From assembly GCA_973895155.1 (NCBI GenBank), contig OZ316896.1:2170001-2234000 (forward strand): DNA of 64,000 nucleotides. The letters run 5' to 3'. Positions within the stretch are counted from its first letter, which is position 1. Every line of letters starts with the position of its first letter. The stretch is from Marsupella aquatica (taxonomy: Eukaryota > Plantae > Marchantiophyta). The position numbers and the translations under genes are program-made. Positions 1-10,705 of the stretch are shown one piece after another. The notes under the pieces are model-generated. The model saw only the letters and a program-made list of their open reading frames with translations, searched no databases and was not told the origin of the DNA.

Positions 1-3000
1 CCGTTTTAAACCTTTTGCAAAATTAATTAATCATCAACTTTCAACCGTTTTGAATGTGAGTTAGCTTGACCAGACTATACTGACCTGAAATAATTGACTA
101 TACTGACCTGACTATACATAATTGGTCAGGGGACAAGTGAGTAAACTTGACAAAATATCCAGATGGACCAGTGCACCCCTGATAAATGTCAAAGTTTTAG
201 GTCTATGGGGCTTCAGTTTCCAAATAGCCATTATAGCAAAAACTAGAACATTGACTAAGATGAGACTCATCAGCAAAAAATTGGTGCAAACCTATACATT
301 TTTGGGTACTCAGATAACTTGACCTCAAAAACTTAAGGAATATGCTAGTGGGCTTATGCATTCTCTATCATTCATCAAGACTAGGCAGATTGTTTAGGGT
401 TTATAGTCAAATTTGTCTCTGACACCCTCCTATAGCATGTATTCCAGAAGTCTACTAGCCTTTTCAATATGTTGCGCAGTACTACTCTAATCCTCATCCT
501 TAACCTTAGTCAGACCTTGGGGCGTTTTTGAGTCTTCCATCTTCCCATATATTTTCCCTTTGTTTTCCTTTCTTTACTGGGTTTCTTGCCTTTGGGTTGA
601 ATGAGGCCTTTCGTTATTTGCAATATTTTATACATGCTCGAGAACAACTATGTGGAATAGCAACAACATTTAATATATACTCGAGAATTAGTTTGTGGAC
701 CCCCAAATTGTTTTGATTGAGATTGAAAAGTAGATAGATATTGATATAGATGGATATTCAATCGATTAGTGATTCTAAAATGTGATCCATGAGGAAGAAC
801 GAGATCAGATCAATGTCACAGATTACTCATTGGATCGGTCTCAAGTGATGAATCAAAGCCATCATGAGCTTCTAGGCGAAATTGGTCTCACATTTGTGCA
901 GTTATCAGCAGTGAGTTTCGGGATCATGTCTAATCGAAAAAACTTCAAAACTATCGATGCATGTAGGCAATGCATCCCAAGGACTCCATAGGTCTAACAA
1001 GCTTTGAACACTTGTCTAATTCTGTGCGTTGCCCAGCTTGTTCCGGGAGGGAATGTTTTTTTGTTTTTTGGGGAATTTTTAAGTAGACGATTGACTCTCA
1101 AGGGCCATGACCTCTAGTTAAAGTATTCCTGTACCTTACACCTGTTTTTAAACCCAAAATTCCAATGGATAATTGCCAAGAAGGCCCCTGGACTTGTTGG
1201 CAGAAATCATTCAGTAAACTAATCAAACATTGGGACAAGAAGTTGTCATCCAGTTGAATCGTGTGTGGTATTAACATGGATTCGGTGATCGGTGATGCAT
1301 GAACTGTCTTGACAAAAAGAAACGGCCATGAGCACAAAAGTATGAAAGAAAGAATCCACAATTCCCAAATGAGCATAATTGTACATTATTAATCCAGACA
1401 GTACATGACGGTTGCACAGGCATATTCCAATTTTTACAGAAGAACCGAAAGACTTGCATACGTAAATTTCCCTCGATAAGATTTGACCCAATCCACAATG
1501 GAAGATGTAAAATGACTTCTCAATACAGTTTCTCAAAATGTAATTTCATCACACAAATATGAAGTTGTCTGTCGATCACTCTGTCGATCACCTTCCAACA
1601 GCCAATGTAGGGTTTATTCGAGAGTCATCGACCCGGTCATGGACCCTTATTCATGAGATCTCAAAGTCATGGTGTTTCTATCGAGAATTGAGCAAATCGG
1701 ATCTAGCCTCCAAGTAGACACAAAAGCCTGAAACCTAGCTGCGTTACTAAACCCCTTAACTAAATGGGCCGTGCAATAGAGAGCAATTCGGGGAATTCAG
1801 CATGGGACTAATGTGAAGTCTGATGATCAACACATTTCACTTTTAGGCCTATCTTTCCTATAAAATGCTTTGTAGAAAAAATGCTTTCCACAAAAAGGAT
1901 AAAAGAAGACCGAGCAATGGGTGCGGTTGGAGCTGTCCATGTTGCACACTTAGAAAGTCTGCAAGGGACAGGATTACGTCGCACAAGTGAAGTGGTATCT
2001 AACAACAGCTATGCTGAATTTTGATCGCCCAAAAATGGAACTCTTTACAAACTAATGAAGAGAGGAAGAGACATTGCTTACTTGTAGGTGCCGGCCGCAA
2101 TCTTGATCAGGTAGCGAGAAGAGCTCTTAGCTGCATCCAATGCGCAACAAATCAGCCACAAACTTCATCACCACTCTCGGCCCAACTCAGGCTGCCCAGT
2201 GAGAAGCTGGTCATCAATCTGTAAGACGTGCTTTACCCCAATCCAGCACCTCTGCAGATTTAACTCAAAGTAGGTGAGAGATGAAGAATTCTCAGTTCTG
2301 CCCTTCTTTCGTTTGCTGAATTTCATTTGGGTTCCAGGGTGTGCTGAGTGATCTGTCTCAGTTTCCTGCATTGTCATCTGTCTTCTGCACGAACAAGCTC
2401 TTTGGATTTGGGTAGTCATTGATTGGAGTAATGTTCCGCAAATTTGTGTAATTACTTTGCTTGTATTTCAGAATGAGGGTGGGCAGTCGGTTACTCAAGG
2501 TAAATAAAATGGAGGGTGGGTCTACTACTAATTGAACAGTCTGTTACTCAAGGTAAATAAAATGATTATTTTTTGATTATTTTTTACATCAAGGTTTACG
2601 GCATGGCGTCCTCAAATTTACCAAAATTCTGCCACAAACATGAATATTAAAATAATTTTATTTTATAAACCAATTCATATTTGTTTGTAACGCGTCATGA
2701 TGACATGACGCATTGTGAAGTCTCAAATTTTGAAAGTGACCTCTAGTGAGTCACTAATGATTTTGTAGAATGAGTTGCTATTAACGACAATTACTCTTGC
2801 CATCTTGACATAGTATGCACTATGCAAGTAGAAAGGTTAATTAAGAAACTCAGTTGTTGTTATTTTACGACTTTCATGTATGGAAAGGCTTCATCTCCGC
2901 CATCTCCCACTTGACAGCCGGTCTCTGAATCGTGTATGACCGCCCAGGTAAATCCCCGGTCCGCGTGCCGGTGGCCCTGGGCTGTTTGACCGGGACTTCT

Positions 3001-4130
3001 CGTTCATCAGTCTTCCGTACGCCCTTGCCCACTTGATTAACTTACCTGAGACAGCCGGTCTCGGTAGCCCCTGGCCGGGACCGCTTTTTCCTCTGACGTA
3101 AAAGAAGAGTACGGAATACTCTTCTTTCCTTCGGTTGGTCTATATTACCGGCGTATTGTTTTAGTAACTACATCACGTTTGTATATAATTATATCTTTGA
3201 TTCTTCGCTTGTTGGCTGTGGTGTGTAAGTGAGAGCTTCTCCACTTTGGTGACCAATGTTCCCAAGATAAAAATATTGGTGTGTGAAGGGGTATTGAGAC
3301 GAAGATGTTGTTACCTCCCGTTCACATCCACACCGCAAAGCCCCCAAAGTGACCTCCATACCTTCCATCTGTACTATGTAATTAGATCTAGATGTATATT
3401 TTCTGCCAAGATGGAGGTCATCTGGTTTGTTAGAAATTTTTAGTGGGTGCAAAGGACCACTGGTGGACAACATTTTTCTTGGTGGCAAAAATTAGATAGA
3501 TTTCACCTCTCTAAGTAACCTTTGCTAGTTTTCACCAAAATTTGCTAAGTTTCTCTCTCCCATTAGCCAGAATCCAATGATGAACCTTTAATGTAGGGAA
3601 ACCTGACAGTCAATCTAGGGAAATAAGATAATTTTCCTACCATTTTCTCTTACCATGGCACAGTATTTAAATAGTGGGCCATGGGGCGCTCAATTTGAAT
3701 AGTGTGCCCAACACTCAAATTTGATTATCTATTTTCATTTTTTTGTACCTTGCACTACTGTGTCCACAATGGGCATCGTGTTTGAATATTTCATTTGTGT
3801 TCAAATATTGGAGTTATCATGATTCATAGTTTTGTATATTTTGTACTCAATGTAGCCCACGGGTCAAAACTCAAGATCAGTGCCTAACTCAAACACAAAG
3901 CCCGGGTCTTGTGTTAAATAGGCATTGTCTTTGAGTTCAATTGTAGTGTTTTTTGTTAGGGGACCCTCAAAAATCAGTTTTTGAACAAAAGATATGGGGC
4001 TGTGTTTGGGGGAAGACGTAGCCCCTTCGCCATCATACAAGGTGACATTGGCCACCTTGGCCAAAATGAAAAAAAAACAAACTGAAACTTACTAGAGGGT
4101 GAAATCATCCCTCCAGAACTTCAAAACAAC

Positions 4131-5279
4131 GACCACAGTACATCAAACTTACGGCAGTGTTCCTGTACTCTACAATGACTGAAAGGGAAACCTACCTTAA
4201 AAATTATGCAGGGCTGGATCATACTTCCTCCTCCAAAAACAACACATTAAGAGGACCAGAGTACAACTTATTACTACTGTACTCTACAGTCGACAAAAGG
4301 GAAACATGCCTTAAAAACTATGCTGGGCTTGGAATATCCTTCCTCCGCTCCAAAACAACACATTAAAAAGACCAGAGTACAACTTATTACTAGTGTACTT
4401 TACAGTCAACAAAAGGGAAAGATACCTTAAAAAACTGTGCTGGGCTGGATCAATGGATCATCCTGCCTCAGGTCTAAGAACAATACATTAAAAAGACCAG
4501 AGTACACCTCATTATTACCGTACTCTACAGTAGAGGAGGGGGAAATATACCTTGAAATTAATTATGCTGGGCTGGATCATCCATTCTTCCTCAGCTCCTA
4601 ATCACTACTTTAAAAAGGCCAGAGTACAACTTATTATCACCGTACTCTACAGTAGAGGAAAGGGAAATATACCTTAAAAGCTATGCTGGGCTGGAACATC
4701 CCTCCTCAGGTCCAAATCAATACATTAAAGGTCCATCAATACATTAAAAAGACCAGAGTACAACTTGTTAATACTGCACTCTACAGTAGAGGAAAGGCAA
4801 ACATACCTTAAAAGAATTAATGGTGGGCTGGATCATCCTTCCTCAGCTCCAAAACAATACATTAAAAAGACCTGACTACAACTTATGGTATAATTACTGT
4901 ACTATACAATAGCAGAATGGATAACCTACCATAATTAATTATTATGCTGGGCTATATCTTCTTTCCGGCAAAACAATACATTAGGGGGTTTCAAAACCTC
5001 AAAATTTGACAGACCTTAACCCAATAACGTTACAGAAAGAAAAGGCTGTAAATCATAGCTTTTTCCATAAATATTGGTAATATGCCATGACCATAAATCA
5101 CTGTGGTGAAGGTAAGTGAGAAAAATCTTTTACATAACATTTTGAAAAAAGCATGGTCATTTGTTCATACCCCAAAGTCATCATTCTTCACCATGAAGCT
5201 ACGAGCCACTCTATTAGAAACACCAGAATACAACTTGTTATCACTGTACTCTACACTAGAAGAAAGGGGAATACATTCC
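4131..5279. repeat. Diverged tandem array of ~117-134 bp units (7 contiguous copies, a ~240 bp unrelated gap, then a partial 8th copy)
   Basis: Units start near 4131, 4254, 4370, 4495, 4617, 4751, 4869 and 5221. Consensus is gaccagagtacaacttattactactgtactctacagtagaggaaagggaaatataccttaaaa..tatgctgggctggatcatccttcctcagctccaaaacaatacattaaaaa. Confidence 0.93.
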
Positions 5280-5384
5280 AGTACCGACCGCAACAGTAGC
5301 TCTGGAGGTAGTGGTATGGAGTTAGTGGTGGTGGTGGTCCTGGTCAAGCTCCTCCTCGTCTGAGTGGAGGACAGTCACAGGAGG

Positions 5385-5565
5385 AAGGTGGTGGGAGGGA
5401 GCGAGGGAGGGATGGGGTGGGGGAGTGTGGGTGGGCCATTTACTACTACTACTACTACTACTACTACTGTAGGCTGCTTGGCTGTCTTCCTGGGCTAGGG
5501 GATGGAGGGGGTGGGGTGGGGTGGGGTGGGGTGGGGTGAGGTGAGGTGAGATGAGGAGGGGGGAG
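5385..5565 (+). repeat. (TAC)n and (GGGGT)n microsatellites / G-rich tract upstream of TIR1
   Basis: tactactac... at 5441-5468 and ggggtggggtgggg... at about 5507-5540. Confidence 0.85.
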
Positions 5566-5929
5566 CAGGAGGAATGGCAGCAGCAGAAGAACAGCGGAGC
5601 AGCCAGAGTGGGTCAGAGAGGCAGAGGTGGGCTGCCTGGTTATTCTGGGCTTTTTGCCCCCAGAATACTTGGTGAATTTAAGTTTGATCCACAGTAAGTA
5701 CCCTCTTTCTCCGCTCCTCACAAGAAGGGGGGCTACAGTTGGGTCACTAACTTTGCTCTGTGCACAACCCACCTGGGATCTTCTGTCGTTTCTACTGATC
5801 TCTGTGCCCTAAAGATTCCCCTCCCTCGCTGCTGCAACTAGTTGGCTGCTGATCCTGCTTCTGCCAACCCTGTCTTGTGCATGCAAACTCCATTCTCCTC
5901 TCTGTCTGATTGCTTCTCAGCACTCCCTC

Positions 5930-6199
5930 TCCACTCTCTCTCTCTCCCCCTCTCTCTCTCTCTCTGGCAGGAGCGACCCATTATTATGCACTGCTTCTCT
6001 CTCCCACATCTTCTTCGTCGTCTCTTGACCATACCGCTCTGCTGCTGCGCCTCGTAATCTGGTGGCTGTCTGTCAAGTGGTCGTGGCGTTGATTTGTTTA
6101 CGACAATCAATCCTCCTCGGATCCGAGAGTCAGTTGGCTCCTGGACTTGTCCCACTCTGTTTGACTCGCTCCCTCCCTTCCTCCCTCCCTCCCACACTC

Positions 6200-6230
<31 letters not shown>

Positions 6231-6235
6231 TCTCG
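5930..6235 (+). repeat. (CT)n microsatellites in the putative 5' leader of TIR1
   Basis: ctctctct tracts at about 5930-5965 and 6198-6234, typical of plant 5' UTR/promoter regions. Confidence 0.8.
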
Positions 6236-7380
6236 TGCCCGGTGTTCCGCAGAGGTGTACTGATGCTCTTTTCTTTTCGCATTCAGTATGAGTACCTCAT
6301 CCTTTCTTCATGAGTGCTTCTGAGTGGAGAGGTATCAGAGTCAGAACAGAAAAGAGGACTTGACAGGACAGTCACCCGCCCACCCTCACATTGGGACAGT
6401 CTTTTTGCCTCGCTTTGCTTAGCGTTGCACTGCGCTGCTCGCCTCTGCTCTGCTCTGTTCATGGGGTGAGAAGAGGCGTAGCTCCTTGCTGTCCAGTGCA
6501 GATATCGGCCACCAACTTTCTCCTCCAATCCTTGCCGTCATGAGTAGTACAGACGCATTCCTCTCCCGGTCAAAGTCTCCGTGTTTCTGCCTATCCTCTC
6601 TCGCTGTCACCGTGTAGCATGATTGCTCCGGAGAGGACTGCAGCATAGATAGAGCCTCTCCCTTCCGCCGCTCCAACGGCAGGTTGTATTTTGAGTCCGC
6701 ACTGCGTGGAGTGGGCTATCCAGCGGTAACAACAGGGTTGTTGGAGAGGTGCATGGCGAAGCTAGCAAGGAGCTGAAACCGATCCTGGTGGTAGAAGTGC
6801 AGAAAGTTCAGGTTTTGGACAAACTTCTCGAGAAGCAGAGTGATAGCTTGGATGCACGATTCTTGGTGGCAATAGGAGGAAGGAAATAGAGGTTCATTGG
6901 AGGTGCTGATCTTGGGATGGTTACCGATCGTTCGAACACAGTGGTTTTGGCGAAGGCCGAGTGTGGGATCAGGGGCCCGACCAACACCCACGGGGAGGAG
7001 ACTGATTGAGATGGCGCACGCTCTCAGTGGCACAATATTTTTGTCGAAGAGGCTAGGAAAGGCGGGGCGAATGGGCTCCTGCAATGGACTTGTCATAAAG
7101 GTTGGTAAATGGTGAGCTAAGTCTGGTGAGCCTCCTCGCCTTCAAGGCGGTTGCTCGGGACGGCAGGAGAGCCCACCTCTGGGGAGGGTTGGAATGGTCT
7201 ACAACAAAAATACGCCAGTATTGGGGATTGATTGACTTATCATGGAGGGCTGAGGGAAAGGGGAAAAGGGATCATGAGAATGGAAGGCTCGTCCAGTTTG
7301 TTGATGTAAGTGAAGGCGACCTGGAGTCATTGTGTATTAAAGATACGGTGGAGGATCAGGATCAGGAAGGAGGGGGAGAT

Positions 7381-10300
7381 ATGCCCTCTCCTTTCCCTGA
7401 TGAGGTTCTGGAGCACGTGTTGGTGTTTCTCAACTCGCACAGGGACAGGAACTCCGTATCCCTCGTCTGCAAGGCGTGGTTCAAGGCCGAGAAATGGAGC
7501 CGACAGCGGGTGTTCGTGGGAAATTGTTATGCCGTCACTCCACAGCAGGTCATTCAGCGCTTCCCGAAGATGAATTCCTTGACCATCAAAGGTCGACCAC
7601 GGTTTTCCGATTTTGGATTTGTGCCACAGGGCTGGGGAGCCTACATTGAACCATGGATTGAGGCCTTGGCCGAAGCTTGTCCCTGGCTGGAGGAGCTGCG
7701 ATGCAAGCGGCTGACTGTCTCAGATTCCAGCTTGCTACTTCTGAGCGAGTCTTTCCAGAATTTTCGCTCACTTTCGCTTACCCGCTGCGACGGCTTCTCC
7801 ACCGATGGACTTGCCTATGTTACCAGCCGCTGCCGGTATGACCTCATTTGTCTCTTTTCTGTTATTTGCTCGCTCTTCCCTCCTCTCCCCTCGTTTCCTC
7901 GTAGGTCGCGTCCCTTCTGCTAGGTTCACAGGACAGAGCTCTGCTAACGCATTAGAAAGTTGTGTTACTTGGTTAGGTTCTGAGATTCATATTTCCAGTT
8001 CTTTCTGCTTTGGATTTTTGAATCTGAGATCCGGACGTACATGTGTAATACCTAGGGGATAGTGCTTATTCTACCTTTCCAATGTGCCCGTCTAGAGGTC
8101 TTCCGTGCTCTCCTTGCCTGTTCACAACGCCCCGAGCTATCGAGTGGAGGATATTGTTGGTACACCCCAGACAGCAATCCACTCAAATGACTTCTGAGCA
8201 GGCCAATGGTTCCTGTCCTGATTTGTTCGTCCGGAGGCATAGTCTTAGGATAGTGTCGTGATTTAGTTGTTTGGGATGGACCTTCCTTTCCTTGCCAGTT
8301 GCTCTATTTACCGTCACTATCTGGCCTGTACAGCACGATCGCCAGGCAGTGCTCTTCTATCATACCGTTGAATCCTTCCTTTCTTCTTTGTGAAGTACAA
8401 CCCTTATTTTAAGTGATGGGCAATGGTTTTCAAATATATCAGAGGGAACCCACCAAGTGCGTCCAGGGCCCCTCCTAGAAGGGACTACTGCCTTGTTACA
8501 TCGGAACTGGATCTGTCCTATTTCTAAGGAATTCATGCATTTGAACCTCCTTCTGTGAGGAGGAAGCTTTCTTCCAGAGATCCCCCGCTGCTGTAAAGAA
8601 CCGGCATTTTCGGCGCCTTTATGTAGTGACTCCGCGTTCCTGCCATGTTTGCGTGACTGGGGATCTTTTGCGTCCCCTGATCTGGACGCAAGGCTTCGAA
8701 AGGGAGTGAATGTTGTTTCTCTTCGTTTGGAGTCGAGGCTTGCCTGTCGTTACCCTAGGTTCCTTTGGGAATTGTAAATGGGATGATGTATCTAGATGTG
8801 TGCCAAGCAACATGATCTAGAGACTGTTGTCGTTTCCCTGGTACGTCTTTGAACTGGGCTTGTGATCGGTACATGAGGGAACCACGAAATCCGCGGTATG
8901 GCCACGTAGAACTGGCAGGGGTTGATGGTGCCGGGGTTGAAATTTGTACGTTGGTTTCTTGATCTGGCAGCGTTCCTGTCGTGAGTTGGCACCCTTTAAA
9001 ACGATTTTTTTTCTGTAGTAACTGCCGCTCCCTATTTTGTTGGCTACTGAATCATATGTTCCTCCTATCAAATATCTCGTCTTCCAGAAGTTTGAGCCTT
9101 CCCTGCGCGTTCCGCCCCGTCGGAGATGTGCTGCGTGGGAAGCGTTCTTCTGTCTTTTTCATCTTGAATCCTGATTCTTAACCTATTGAGACCTTGTGCT
9201 GGTGTTGTTGCTACTGCCAGGAACCTTGCCCAGCTGGATCTCGAGGAGAATGAGATCTTGGATAGAGGGGGCCACTGGCTTAGTGGCTTTCCGGAGTCTC
9301 ACACGTCTATGGTGTCTTTGAATTTTGCCACTGTTAACGGTGCCATTGACTTCGAAGCCCTGGAGAGGCTTGTGGACAGGTCAAAAGGTCTGAAAAGCCT
9401 TAAAGTTCCTAAAGATGTGTCCCTCGAACAATTGCAACGGCTACTGATTAGGGCTCCGCAGTTGACCGAGTTAGGTACTGGTTCGTATTCCCAAGTCCTG
9501 AGATGGGGGCAGTATTCTGAATTGCAGACGGCTTTCAACAAGTGCAAAGGACTCCGGAGCATGTCAGGGTTTTGGGAAGTGGTCCCTCTGTACGTGCCGT
9601 CATTGTACTCCGTGTGCCTGAATTTGACGTCCCTGAACTTGAGTGACGTTATGTTACACACGACAGAACTTTCAAAGCTGATTACCTATTGTCACAACTT
9701 GGAGCGTCTTTTGGTCAGTATACTCCTCACTTCTGTGTCTAAGGCTTGATCTACGCATTTCCAGAGTCGAGGATTTCTACTTGTCCCTTGCCTGTCTCGT
9801 TTTTGCCATGAGGATCTTTCCTCTGTCCATGGACACGTCTATTTCCCAGATTAGTAGGTTTGACACCTTGAAATGAATCAGTGTTGCCCATTCTTTGTAT
9901 CTTGATCCTGTTTTTTGTGGTCTGGGATCAATACTAACTGCTGTTAGAAATACTTCAGGTTCAAGATTTTGTCGGAGATAAAGGGCTACAGGCTGTTGCT
10001 TCGACGTGCAAGAACTTGCAAGAATTGCGGGTCTATCCTGCCACTGAAGAAGGGTTTGCAACTGAGGAAGGCCTCATTGCCATTTCTGAGGGATGCCCAA
10101 AGCTGAAGAAGATCTTGTATTTCTGCAAGCAGATGACTAATGCGGCTGTGATATCGTTTGCAAAAAATCTCCCCGATTTAACCCACTTCCGGTTGTGTAT
10201 ATTGACACCGCGTCAAGCAGATCATACCACGCAAGAGCCCTTCGACAAGGCATTTGGAGCAGTCGCTCAGTACTGCGTCAACTTGACTAGATTAGCAGTC

Positions 10301-10705
10301 TCTGGACTGCTGACTGACCGGGTTTTTGAGTACATAGGAAGGTACGGGAAGAAGCTGGAGACCATCTCTCTTGCCTTCAACGGGGAGAGTGACAGAGGAA
10401 TGGAATATCTGCTCAATGGGTGCACGAAGCTCAAGAAGCTAGAAGTTCGAGATTGCCCTTTTGGTGATGCTGCTTTATTGTCTGGGGTCCATCGTTACGA
10501 ACAAATGCGGTCGCTGTGGCTGTCTTATTGTCTCTTTAGCCGACCAGGAGCTCATTGGCTAGCCAAACAGATGCCCTCTCTGAATGTTGAGATTATCAAA
10601 GGAAACGAGGGCTCAGAAGATAGCCTAGCCGTGGAGCACCTCTATGTATATCGGTCCCTGGCCGGCCCCCGCAAAGACTCCCCGGCCTTTGTGCAAACCT
10701 TGTAA
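7381..10705 (+). CDS. TIR1: TIR1/AFB-family auxin receptor F-box/LRR protein; exons 7381-7835, 9221-9713, 9959-10705
   Basis: N-terminal F-box MPSPFPDEVLEHVLVFL...SLVCKAW, then VGNCYA, KGRPRFSDF, LQELRVYP, ILYFCKQMTN, FRLCI, KLEVRDCPFGD, MRSLW and YVYRSLAGPRKD. GT-AG introns keep frame and sit at the conserved TIR1 positions (phase-2 intron inside the Arg codon of CR|NL; RLL|VQD). Confidence 0.96.

Noticed and set aside
2980-3015. Hammerhead ribozyme core (CTGATGA on the minus strand)
   Set aside because: No stem II followed by GAAA and no consistent three-way junction.
4131-5279. CRISPR-like array, H/ACA snoRNA cluster or 5S rDNA array
   Set aside because: The whole unit is repeated with no unique spacers and no cas genes. 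It shows no resemblance to 5S rRNA. An ACAGTA 'H box' and a terminal ACA exist, but the first hairpin is too short and the ACA spacing is non-canonical.
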